DNA of 64,000 nucleotides from a virus: IMG/VR virus record IMGVR_UViG_3300048583_000157, positions 7,168 to 71,167 of that record; one strand, 5' to 3'. Shown piece by piece: positions 55,301 to 64,000 of this stretch (position 1 is its first letter; each line of letters starts with the position of its first letter). The notes under the pieces were generated by a model. It saw only the letters and a program-made list of their open reading frames with translations, ran no database searches and was not told where the DNA came from. The position numbers and the translations under genes were made by a program.

Positions 55301-58300
55301 TTGCTTGGGACATTTTCTCGCCAGAAAACATTCGCAACAGCATGGTTCTCAATATCGAGAATAAGCTGTATGAGAGCGTGCACGCATCCCAGCAGATTAA
55401 CGTGGACATTGCAGCGCAAAATGCTCTACCTGTTGCTCAGCGCTACAATGAGGTGGAGCTTGCTCGCTTCTCTGCTAAGTACGGATACGATACGTTTGCG
55501 CCAGACTACAATGCCGCCGATGCGTTTACCTGGAACTATTCGCAGGCTGTAATCCCAGGCGTAACAACTGGTGCGCGTTGGTTCGACGTCAACCGTGAAT
55601 ACTTTGCTACCTACGGTGTTGGCGATCTATCTCGCCCAGACATCTACCCATGGCGCCTTGGCACTGGTTCCTTCCCGGCAGCTATCGATAAGCCTGCTGG
55701 TTGGGATGCAGCTTATGCAAGCACGGTATCATCTACCGCCTTTACAACTACGGCACGCCTAATTGCCCGCAACCCTATCACCTGGCCATTCACTTCGGCT
55801 GGTCTTCCGGTTATTGACGGAGTCCAGACTGTAAACGGCGACAGAATTCTCGTTCAAGGCCAGAGCAATGAAGCTCAAAACGGAATCTTCATTGCTAGCT
55901 CCGCCGGCTGGATACGTTCCTCGGACACGTATGTTGAGGGAACCACTGTAACCATCACAGAGGGAACATCCTACTCTGATACAGTTTGGGTTGTCACGTC
56001 GCCAAACCCAGTCATCATCAACACTTCTGCAATCGTGCTTGAACAGGAAAGAACCTGGAAAGAGCAGATGTGGGCCGACATCAAGGCCGCAAATCCAGGC
56101 ATGAAGCTCAGCATCAACGTCGCGAAGGATACTCTCCTGCCGCCATACGTTGTAGCTTCGCGCCCAGAATCCAGCGAAGCGCTTCTAACTGTCATCCCAG
56201 TAGGAGCAGATGCGGCCTACACGTTTGGACAGAATAGCCCAGTTGAAAACGTATGGACGAAGTCTGTAGAGTATCTCTACGGCCAGGCACGTACGGCATT
56301 CCGCATTGGTCCTCTCGAATTCCTCGATGACTCATGGGGTGAAACCTACCTTAAGAACACCGACAACCTCCGCGTAGAACGTAATCTTCAGACTTCGCTG
56401 CCTCACAAGAAGTTCCTGATGCACGGTGAGCGTCTGCACATCGTCAATGACTTCACCCCACTTGAGGTTCGCGATCGCTTCGTGAACATCACGAATGGTG
56501 TTACCTGGGACTCTACCTTCCAGGGCAACGTTGACTTCAAGGTTACTCATTGCGCAAGCACTGGAGAAGCCGGTCCACTCGGCGCAATGGGTCCTTCGGC
56601 TACTGTCTTCGAAGTGTTCATCAATGGTTCGAAAGTCTACACTTACGATCATGATAATGATCCACTTACGGATGAGATTCCACTTGCAATTTTTGAAGGC
56701 GTGCCATTCAGCTTCTCTGCTCAGGGCGTTCACTACGCAAACGTTACGATCGAAGACTTCGGCGTAGCATTTGAAATGGGTGACACACTCACGATGACCT
56801 TCAAGAAAGACGAGATCATCGAAAGCATTCCAACTGATGACACCGACTTTATCTACGGTATCCTCGGCTGCGAAGGCTGTGTTGCAGATGCAACCCCAGA
56901 CCCATCGATCATTGTCGAAGTCATTGAGTTCCAGCCAACCTACAGCTTCACCGCTGGTCAGGCCAAGGTGCTTAAGGGACTTGGACAGTGGTACACTGAT
57001 CTACTTCGCTACAGCTATGTTGACACCGACGTGTCGACGTCGTCGCTTGCATTCCGCGGTTGGGACATGAAGCTTGTTCACCGCTTCGGCGCTCTCATCC
57101 GCCCAGACTCTCTGGCAGTTCGCAGCTCTTCGGGCGTCATTCCTGATACCGGCTACGATGTAATCCTGAAGCGCTCGACACAAACCCAGAACCTTTGGAT
57201 TTCCGGTCTGCGTATCCAGCTTGTACAGATGGGAACCAAGAAGCTTAATCCTTCTGGCCGCCTCGTTCCTGTTGGAGCAGGTGATGATTGGATCTTCCGC
57301 ATCGAGACGTACAATCCAGCTCACCCAATTGCGGACTACAATGTCCTCGACAACGCTGGCGACTTCACGACGTTCTTCTCCCTTAGCAAGCAGAACACTG
57401 ATCAAGAGTGGAAGCGCTTCACCACGAAGACCGCAACAGCAACCGCTGTCATGCCGCTACAGATTACGGGCGTTCAGAACGTTCTCAACTTCCTGTTCGG
57501 TTATGTTGGTCAGCTTGAAGAACTAAACTTCAAGATCAACGAGACTGACATGCCGCTCACCGACGCAGAGACTGGTCGCAACGTAGATTGGCAGCTCGAA
57601 ATTGAGAAGTTCATCAACACCATCTACTCGGGTATCGATGCTGGTGATGCAGCAATTCTCAACCCATTCATGGAGAAGCTCTACCTTCAAACCCCAGATG
57701 GTCTGATGGGCCGATTCACTGCATCCAAGTTCCTTGATGCTTACTCCACACAGGCGGCCTACGACGTTACCGGTGCAGTAATCCCAGTGGAGAACCTCAG
57801 CGTAGTTCGTAGAGACGATCAGACGATCACTTACTCGAAGACGCCAATCTTCTCTGCACATCTGTTCGTTGACCAGTTCGAGCATGCTCTTCTAATGAAT
57901 GAGCGTATCTCTGCTGACCCAACGTCAGTCGTCATCTTTGATCAGTTCCTAGGACAGTACCTATCAACTGCCTACCTATCGTTCTACCGTCAGGAAAGAA
58001 TCAACAGCAAGCCAACATTCGACGGATACGTTCTGTCGGGTAACGACGTGACTCGCAACATTGCATCTAACATCGATGCTGTTCAGAACGCGTATGACGC
58101 AACAGCAACCTTCGCTGAGCCTAAGATGGCTGAGCACGCGCTTTCGCTCATTGGCTTCCAGCAGAAGGACTACTTCGATGCAATCGACGTAAGCCCTCCA
58201 GCACAGCTGGACTTCTGGCGCGGTATGATCTCTGCTAAGGGCACCACACTGGCCATCAATGCGTTCACGCAGTACAAGGCTTTCGCTAAGGCCAGCGTCG

Positions 58301-61300
58301 ACGAATTCTGGGCCTACAAGCTTGCTGAATACGGTGATGCTCGTGAGCGCACTCTACCAGAAATCAAGATCAACCCGAACGATTGCTTCCGTCAGTTCAC
58401 GTCCCTTCAGTTCTATTCGAAGGACGATGTCTCGTACACTGCACTTCCTCTGTTCACTCAGATTGAAGCTGGTAATGACGATCGCTGGTTCTCGATTGAT
58501 GATCTGGGTACTGTGCTTCGCTTCGATGCCAATGCAATCTCTGAGATCGTATCGGTCACAGAGCCTGGTTACGTCATCCTCTCGAACACGTACCACAACG
58601 GTGACACAATGTCGCCTACAGTATCCCCAGCAGTAGGAGCTCGCATCGTCAATGCGACTACGCTCTACGTTGAAGTGCCAGGTACCTACATCGTTTCTGG
58701 TTTCACATGGAACAACCAAGCTAAGCTCTCGCCAGTCAAGCTGTTCGATTACTCGGCTAGCGAACTAGAGCAGGAGATTGGTCTGTGGCATCCAGCAATC
58801 GGTGTTCATGCTTACAAGGCTCTGGAGCTGGTTAACATCACCGCTGCTTCGGACCCAGCTAACTACAACTACACGACCCAGACAACCAACAACCCAAACT
58901 TCATGACGCTGAAGCCATGGGATGAACGTGAAGTCGGTCGTGTATGGTGGGACACGAGCAAGCTGGCATACGTTCCATACTTTGACGCAAGCATCTTCCC
59001 TAACCGCGAATCCCGCAACTCACGTTGGGGCTCTCTTGCTGAGTGGGCGTCTGTTGACCTTTACGAATGGACTGAGTCTACGTTCCACCCTTCGCTCTAT
59101 GATGCAGCTGCTAAGGCACAGGAAGGCGACTCGTCCATTGATGCTAAGGTTCGTCTGTCTGGTCGCGTAGGATTCAAGAACTTCTACAGCTCTAACCGCT
59201 CTGTCACTGCTCGTGCAATCGCATGGTCTCAGGCTGGCGTTGCTAACGGTGCTGCTCACCCAGCATTCGGTCTCGCTGCTGATAAGACGATCTACAAGTC
59301 CAACAACCAGCTGATCATTGACGAAGGTCGCCTTGAAGATGTCCAGCTAACCGCTGGTCGCCGCTTCGGTGGCTGGAACATCCTTACCTCTGCTCCAGTT
59401 GGTGAGGTTGTTATCGGCACGAACGTTGGCTTCATCATCGGTGCATCCATTCCGTTTGATGATGTCCTCAACGACAACTACCTCAACACGCAGTCGATCA
59501 TCCTACCGCCAATTACTGATCCACTTGTTGAGCCACTTGCTGACGACCTAGGCGTAGAGTTTACCAGCATCGAAGTAATTGCGATGCCACGCAGCTCTAT
59601 GTTCGGTACTCGTATTGGTCAGATTACGCTTTCTGCTTACAGTGTTCTGACCGCGGATCTAGATGAAGCACTTCAGCCAATTACGCTTAGATACCTCCGT
59701 ATGGCTGACGGTGAAGGCTTCTTCGAAGACGTCAGAATTCCAGATTGGATTTCCAGTCGTCTAGTTGTTGGTGATACAAAGAACATCGATTTTGAAACGT
59801 TGGGCCTGCGAGTGGTGATCTCAGCAACTTCTACATCGGGTAAAATTGTCGCAAGAGCCCTTGCCGAAGCTCCAGCAAATCCACTGAACGATGTGTATGT
59901 TCGCGAAGGTGTCAACTTCACCGAGATCATGCCACTCACTGACGTAGTCTTCAGCAACCGCGAAATCTTCGGCTCTGCTCCATCGTCGATGCCTGAATAC
60001 GGTTGGAAGGCATGGGATGTTCCTACTGCTGCGCAGCTTCGCGCAGACCTTCCTGCACCTCGCAACAAGTGGCGCCCTTACCTCGGCGCTCCACAGCCGA
60101 TCGTGAACGTTACTGCAGACGTCATTGCTGAAATGCAAGCTGCTAGCAACACATGGACACTACCGAACGGCATCACCATCGCCCGCTACACTTCAACCTG
60201 GTCTGAGTGGGATGAGCTCGAGGATGTTCGCAAGACCGCAATTTCCAATGGAGTTGATTCGGTTTCGTTCACAATCGATCTCGGTGATGAAGACTCCATC
60301 GATACAAACCGCTTGTCGATCTACACGAACGGCATCCAGATTGCGCCTCAGCAGATTGTCATTTCCGACAATGTTGTCCAGGTAGTAAATACACTGTCGG
60401 AAGGTACGTCCGTCTACTTGCTGTACAGAGCTTATCAGCCAACAGCTGCAGAGCTCGAGTTCAACCCAGAAGTCAAGGACGATTTCAAGACTCAGATTTG
60501 GTACAAGGCGGACTACCAGTACACCAAGCTGGATGTACGTGATAACTCGGGCAACATTGCCGCTGCCAAGTACTACTTCTGGGTAAAGAATAAGACCATT
60601 CCTCAGGATGGACAGTCGATGTCTCTGGCTTCGGCAACCCAGCTTCTGCAGAACGGTGACTCGACGTACATGATCTTCTCGCGAATGGTTCCAGATTCGG
60701 CAGCACAAAGCGGAGCAGCTTTCGATTCGTGCGCTATCTCTGGACTAGGCACCACGGTTACCAAGAATGATTCTTACAAGCTACGCTTCCTCCGTGACTT
60801 CACTCTACGTGATGACCCAGAAGAACTCAAGCTGAAGAACACTCACACCGAATGGGCACTCATCCGCGAGCGTCAGACAACTAAGATTCCTCGTAAGCTG
60901 TGGGACTCGCTAACGAATGCAGTATGCGGACAGGATGCGGCAGGTAATTCACTACCTTCGGCAACCAGAATCAACTACGATGAGAAGCATGCAACAAGAA
61001 CTCGTTATGGGTTCGAGACTGGACAGATCTTCGTAGATCCGGATCTAGCGCTCAAGACGATCGTCAACACGATTCTTAACACCTCGCTGACAATCGATAT
61101 TGGTGCTACCGAGATTATCGACTACATCACGTTTATGAACATCAACTCCAGCACCACTGAGGAGTCGTTGATTGCGGATTGGTTCGCCAATCCTACGATG
61201 TCTCGCAACACAATGAACCAGATTTTCGGCACCAGCCGTGCTTCACAGATCAACGAGATTTTCTTCGATGTTCTTCACGATGCACTGGCAAGCAACTACG

Positions 61301-61398
61301 AATTTACCGATCTGTTCAAGACGTCGCTAATCACCGTTAACTCGGCGACTGTAATTCAGCCACAGGTACAACTTGAACAGCAAGACGAATTCTACTGA
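52321..61398 (+). CDS. Very large baseplate / virion structural protein (gp7-like, 3025 aa)
   Basis: PPINYDKFINY.NYYW, FWRGMI..KGT, E.WAYK..EYG, W....VGRVWWD, YEWTES..HP, YYFWVKNK; follows gp6. Confidence 0.75.
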   Translation: MQNLDFKKLLPNYLKNETLTSLIDNLFNRFVSQESSVFVAGTVGLPQQGQSEIQQPTLERQENDVVPGLYFAAGKEQSIFTFEDFINKMEVLDVDQATLRSWMAEQTFNYSPPINYDKFINYANYYWIGNFRQTGLMSWNPDNEREYYVIQQPKPTDTLSKMPVRLATTRNIARWVNDRKQEKITVTFTSANTFDIVSDIDANARVKDNVGQPLYPISTTPNESTRVVIESLNTNSSLRPSISDPDAIGSYYDVMEFYIINGNVAFSAGDTIEVELLHYTSQSTVSVTGSSLVGKGTANGASTLSPFMFIDGIQVRIGDRILVVAQTDPAENGLFIVSSGGEWVRSFDATLNGHFTVGQKIFVEEGVTKAGHTFQLSSKSMGSDAFAPVSVNLTFADISNTDESGINQWQLYNYWVHRDDLALYSTLGINLNNVEQAQRPIIEYSNQLKLNSAINSVTGDPCDASHADAVEYTQQKTRFNQLPQFDLYRYDGTHAGKTSGIWFYKENPLYETDPVLRRRVETTVNTDFVFELGIKDEDGRLLYFSQNDKLESIWQPGVTAPVASSNFFTGTAGIRTTQLRRLNLSATADTQDWTVTLISPLVGSVVGSRSGYVGTINVTPFAGPTTSFDDFDLILAESGTAIPFAAGDKFTFKIQNKIIPRYIKEDDNGMIINYPQGAFDSGYEADMALAEPEGTWLSPLRMFQNMNRETRDTVAFADFLNHARSVLRNQPGFTGSSFGNNNSRNISFNPGRGGRIREFGSNFPLLSSMLIQPDISPISIIDFAEQQYNVALSSIDQFVLTELAAWLSNGGTVPTSTINPNDPNVVALVAYYEQLRAQDVNLSSVFSDTTAAVKNWPATLPMIGLVAPVVPDIKLDEELNQYVIVHHDGHYSPVALADPQFNQQLTQTIVLRSDGTSSAGVFFETLPPSFRPYANQLWMQPSSGTLFMFDVEYDTEEQPASPADGDYWYQRSTNTLFQWEVSGFSWVDTGNPLLAWDIFSPENIRNSMVLNIENKLYESVHASQQINVDIAAQNALPVAQRYNEVELARFSAKYGYDTFAPDYNAADAFTWNYSQAVIPGVTTGARWFDVNREYFATYGVGDLSRPDIYPWRLGTGSFPAAIDKPAGWDAAYASTVSSTAFTTTARLIARNPITWPFTSAGLPVIDGVQTVNGDRILVQGQSNEAQNGIFIASSAGWIRSSDTYVEGTTVTITEGTSYSDTVWVVTSPNPVIINTSAIVLEQERTWKEQMWADIKAANPGMKLSINVAKDTLLPPYVVASRPESSEALLTVIPVGADAAYTFGQNSPVENVWTKSVEYLYGQARTAFRIGPLEFLDDSWGETYLKNTDNLRVERNLQTSLPHKKFLMHGERLHIVNDFTPLEVRDRFVNITNGVTWDSTFQGNVDFKVTHCASTGEAGPLGAMGPSATVFEVFINGSKVYTYDHDNDPLTDEIPLAIFEGVPFSFSAQGVHYANVTIEDFGVAFEMGDTLTMTFKKDEIIESIPTDDTDFIYGILGCEGCVADATPDPSIIVEVIEFQPTYSFTAGQAKVLKGLGQWYTDLLRYSYVDTDVSTSSLAFRGWDMKLVHRFGALIRPDSLAVRSSSGVIPDTGYDVILKRSTQTQNLWISGLRIQLVQMGTKKLNPSGRLVPVGAGDDWIFRIETYNPAHPIADYNVLDNAGDFTTFFSLSKQNTDQEWKRFTTKTATATAVMPLQITGVQNVLNFLFGYVGQLEELNFKINETDMPLTDAETGRNVDWQLEIEKFINTIYSGIDAGDAAILNPFMEKLYLQTPDGLMGRFTASKFLDAYSTQAAYDVTGAVIPVENLSVVRRDDQTITYSKTPIFSAHLFVDQFEHALLMNERISADPTSVVIFDQFLGQYLSTAYLSFYRQERINSKPTFDGYVLSGNDVTRNIASNIDAVQNAYDATATFAEPKMAEHALSLIGFQQKDYFDAIDVSPPAQLDFWRGMISAKGTTLAINAFTQYKAFAKASVDEFWAYKLAEYGDARERTLPEIKINPNDCFRQFTSLQFYSKDDVSYTALPLFTQIEAGNDDRWFSIDDLGTVLRFDANAISEIVSVTEPGYVILSNTYHNGDTMSPTVSPAVGARIVNATTLYVEVPGTYIVSGFTWNNQAKLSPVKLFDYSASELEQEIGLWHPAIGVHAYKALELVNITAASDPANYNYTTQTTNNPNFMTLKPWDEREVGRVWWDTSKLAYVPYFDASIFPNRESRNSRWGSLAEWASVDLYEWTESTFHPSLYDAAAKAQEGDSSIDAKVRLSGRVGFKNFYSSNRSVTARAIAWSQAGVANGAAHPAFGLAADKTIYKSNNQLIIDEGRLEDVQLTAGRRFGGWNILTSAPVGEVVIGTNVGFIIGASIPFDDVLNDNYLNTQSIILPPITDPLVEPLADDLGVEFTSIEVIAMPRSSMFGTRIGQITLSAYSVLTADLDEALQPITLRYLRMADGEGFFEDVRIPDWISSRLVVGDTKNIDFETLGLRVVISATSTSGKIVARALAEAPANPLNDVYVREGVNFTEIMPLTDVVFSNREIFGSAPSSMPEYGWKAWDVPTAAQLRADLPAPRNKWRPYLGAPQPIVNVTADVIAEMQAASNTWTLPNGITIARYTSTWSEWDELEDVRKTAISNGVDSVSFTIDLGDEDSIDTNRLSIYTNGIQIAPQQIVISDNVVQVVNTLSEGTSVYLLYRAYQPTAAELEFNPEVKDDFKTQIWYKADYQYTKLDVRDNSGNIAAAKYYFWVKNKTIPQDGQSMSLASATQLLQNGDSTYMIFSRMVPDSAAQSGAAFDSCAISGLGTTVTKNDSYKLRFLRDFTLRDDPEELKLKNTHTEWALIRERQTTKIPRKLWDSLTNAVCGQDAAGNSLPSATRINYDEKHATRTRYGFETGQIFVDPDLALKTIVNTILNTSLTIDIGATEIIDYITFMNINSSTTEESLIADWFANPTMSRNTMNQIFGTSRASQINEIFFDVLHDALASNYEFTDLFKTSLITVNSATVIQPQVQLEQQDEFY

Positions 61399-61436
61399 TC
61401 GTACGTGTCGAATAACCCGCAGGATTTAAGAGAGCA

Positions 61437-64000
61437 ATGAGCATGACTAACAATTCGGTAGCGGCACAGAACAGTCGCTACCTTCAGAGCCTCGTCGATT
61501 ACGTTCTCGACGTAAAGCCTTTTCGCACTAAGCTTGCGCGGACAGGTGCTGTCTCTGAAGAGTACATCTTCTCCGATATTGTCAACGCGAATATCTCCGA
61601 GAGCGAGCGCATCAGAGCTTTCCTCGGCGCAGATGTTCTTGCATCTCCTAGCGTTGCATTGGGTGTTCGTTCACGTCTGAGCAATAGCTGGATTCAGGAT
61701 TTGGTATCGGACGGCGTACGTCGTATCTGGCCGATGCCAAACATTACTGTTCCAAAGCTCGCTTACCATTCTAGCCGTACGTCCTACACAGTTGGTGAGG
61801 ATGACTACACTGGAATTCCGGGTCTATCATCTGGCGTTCTTGATCAGAGACGTTGGGACTTCAAGGGCATCACTGATGTCCGTCTAAATGGTGTTCATCA
61901 GCAGGATAGCTCAGACTACTTCCTTTCGCATGGCGTGTTTTCTTTTAACACCTTTGCGTCTCTCGAAGGCGAGCCTACTTGGATTCAGCATGACCTAAAC
62001 AACTCTATCCCCACCATCCAGGATATTCAGGGCGCGATGGATACGGGTGGTCAGGAGCTTGTCAACCCACCGTTCTCGCAGACACTTCCATTTGGTTCTC
62101 TGGCAGCATACGCAGCATTTAGCGAGCTACCAGGAACACTGCTTTACAGGGATGTTCGTCGTCTTGGCGGCACCCTAGAGAATGTCACAGGCGAAACCTA
62201 CGAAGAGTTCTATGCTGTATGTACAGCCGTAGAGCCAGCAGTTCTCACCGTTTACTCTCCTAATGAAACCGCTCCTGTTGGAACTGTCAACTTCGGAGAC
62301 ACCTTTACTCTGCTCGATGGTTTTGGTAATACGAGAATTCAGTTCACGTTCACTTTTAGCCCAGGGCAGATTGAAGAAACTTCTCAGCTAGATGATCGAT
62401 ACGACATCGAGCCACAGTACAAAATCGTGCTAGCAGACGATGTGCAAGACGAAGTCTGGTCGCTCATCAAAGTCAATCCTATTGGGCTGACTCAGAAGCC
62501 AGTGTGGATTCCTAACCCAATGGTGGTTAGAGATGAAGTGTGCGCTCTAGAAATTCACACCACTTCAATCGAGAACACCGTAGCATCCGACTGGACCATC
62601 GTGTTCGGTGGTAACGGTACGTACACACTCAACGCCTACGAGGCAGGTACTTCTATTCTGCTGCCGGGTTACCCACAGACCGTTAGCCTAGTAGAAGGAT
62701 GTTCGTACCGTGATGCAAACATTGCATTTACGATCATTCCTATTGTCGCTGGTAATGCAGCAGGCGATGCATTCTCTTGGAGCATTGGCCCAGTAGATGC
62801 ACACTACAAGGTATTCGGCTCGGTGTCTGGCTGGACCACGGACATCTACACCGGGCTTGATGCGCAAGTCGGTAAGCAGTTCTGGAACGGTAGTATCGGT
62901 TTCAAAATTCCAAAGCTAGAGATGTTCGCTGAAGCGTATCGCTCCACCATCTCTTCATCGTCCGCCAGCATCGAATCTTGGAGCAACAACCTAAGCAATG
63001 GCATGGTCCTGTATGACATCATCTTCGTTGATGGCGTCTTCATTGCTATTGGTGAAGGTCAGGCACAGCTAGCATCGAGTGATGGTGTCACGTGGACAGA
63101 CGATATTGCTTCGGTCTTCACGGCATCTCCAGATAATCTTCTAGTAGTTCCAGGTCGAGGCGGCATTGTTTCGACTTCGCCGGATGGCGCAACTTGGGCT
63201 CGCACTCAGACGGGAACATTCGAAGACCTAAATGATTGGGCAATTGCTGAAGGGTTCTTTACTGTAGGCGACTACCCTAATGTTTGGGTTTGCGTCGGTG
63301 ATAACGGTAGCATCGTAAGCTCCGCATCTGGATTGAGCTGGGCTACCCATACGAGTGGCACCACCGAAAACCTGCACGGCGTAACTTGGAACGGTACGGC
63401 ATTCATTGCTGTCGGTGACAATGGAACCATTCTGCGTTCTACAAACAGACTCAATTGGACCGCTGTAAACAACTCGGGAAACACTGACGACTATCGCGCA
63501 GTCATTGCTAATGCTGGCGTCTTGATTGTCGTTGGTAACAATTCATCCATCCTTCGTTCTACAGACGGTGGCCTTACATGGGCTGATCTAAATCAGTTCC
63601 CAATGGGCTTTGCTGAATTCAAGGACGTTGCATATGGTGACGGTCTCTATGTGGCTGTTAGCCCAACCGGTGTTACGGCCCGCTCGAATGATGGTATTGT
63701 TTGGAGCGCCTATGCTGGTCGAGTACTGAATGCTGTAGAGTTTGGTAACGGTCTATTTGTTGGTGTTGGTGGAAGCACCAATGAAGCATCGCAGTTCTCA
63801 GCGGTGACCGACGGTACGGCTGTTTCGGTAATGGCTGAGCCATCTACCTACACCATCACATTTACGAAAGCTTCAGATTCCGTTAACAGCATTCCAGGTG
63901 AAGCCACTGTATACAACAACATTCTAGGCTACGGTCGCAACCTAAAGACTGGCCAAGAGTGGAGTGACAAGTGGGTGAAATTCACCCTCGACACCATCAC
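61437..64000 (+). CDS. Partial large baseplate/fibre protein with BNR-like (S.DG..W) propeller repeats; runs off the window
   Basis: Not in the ORF track because it has no stop in the window. Hand translation of the start gives MSMTNNSVAAQNSRYLQSLVDYVLDVKPFRTKL; later stretches read SSDGVTW, SPDGATW, STDGGLTW, SNDGIVW. Not every codon was checked. Confidence 0.75.
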   Translation, partial: MSMTNNSVAAQNSRYLQSLVDYVLDVKPFRTKLARTGAVSEEYIFSDIVNANISESERIRAFLGADVLASPSVALGVRSRLSNSWIQDLVSDGVRRIWPMPNITVPKLAYHSSRTSYTVGEDDYTGIPGLSSGVLDQRRWDFKGITDVRLNGVHQQDSSDYFLSHGVFSFNTFASLEGEPTWIQHDLNNSIPTIQDIQGAMDTGGQELVNPPFSQTLPFGSLAAYAAFSELPGTLLYRDVRRLGGTLENVTGETYEEFYAVCTAVEPAVLTVYSPNETAPVGTVNFGDTFTLLDGFGNTRIQFTFTFSPGQIEETSQLDDRYDIEPQYKIVLADDVQDEVWSLIKVNPIGLTQKPVWIPNPMVVRDEVCALEIHTTSIENTVASDWTIVFGGNGTYTLNAYEAGTSILLPGYPQTVSLVEGCSYRDANIAFTIIPIVAGNAAGDAFSWSIGPVDAHYKVFGSVSGWTTDIYTGLDAQVGKQFWNGSIGFKIPKLEMFAEAYRSTISSSSASIESWSNNLSNGMVLYDIIFVDGVFIAIGEGQAQLASSDGVTWTDDIASVFTASPDNLLVVPGRGGIVSTSPDGATWARTQTGTFEDLNDWAIAEGFFTVGDYPNVWVCVGDNGSIVSSASGLSWATHTSGTTENLHGVTWNGTAFIAVGDNGTILRSTNRLNWTAVNNSGNTDDYRAVIANAGVLIVVGNNSSILRSTDGGLTWADLNQFPMGFAEFKDVAYGDGLYVAVSPTGVTARSNDGIVWSAYAGRVLNAVEFGNGLFVGVGGSTNEASQFSAVTDGTAVSVMAEPSTYTITFTKASDSVNSIPGEATVYNNILGYGRNLKTGQEWSDKWVKFTLDTI

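Noticed and set aside
1-64000. Alternative genetic code, introns or inteins in core genes
   Set aside because: Capsid, portal, sheath, gp46/47 and gp6 are full length in code 11, TAA, TGA and TAG all act as stops, and I noticed no intein or intron signatures.

Overview
The whole window is phage DNA: the virion morphogenesis region of a large T4-related myovirus, probably a jumbo-type phage, with roughly balanced GC. From 1 to about 34.1 kb on the minus strand lie a cluster of probably head-packaged enzyme-like proteins, two gp4-like nucleases, tail tube, sheath, tail terminator and neck genes, major capsid, scaffold, prohead protease, portal and tape measure. From about 35.3 to 42.1 kb (minus) is an early-promoter block: late sigma gp55, gp47/gp46, a Holliday junction resolvase, a PolA-like protein and a dead protease paralog. 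From about 42.2 to 64 kb (plus) is the baseplate module, ending in a large ORF that runs off the window. Two promoter classes are visible: about 18 T4-late-like (A)TAAATA boxes and three GTTTAC(A/T)-N17-TA(T/G)AAT early promoters. The most interesting signals are: (1) about 12 genes with T4 internal-protein-like capsid-targeting N-termini that encode ADP-ribosyltransferase-like, GNAT-like, kinase and amidoligase-like proteins; (2) a second putative targeting motif (R/K-x-L-A-G-L) shared with the scaffold C-terminus; (3) hairpins that hide the Shine-Dalgarno unless transcription starts at an embedded late promoter; (4) a shared F-x-x-G-D-x-F module inserted in five structural proteins; (5) a DWK-repeat N-terminal peptide shared by two decoration-like proteins. 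All calls come from visual motif recognition and gene order; no database search was run. I saw no tRNA, rRNA, CRISPR array or mobile element.
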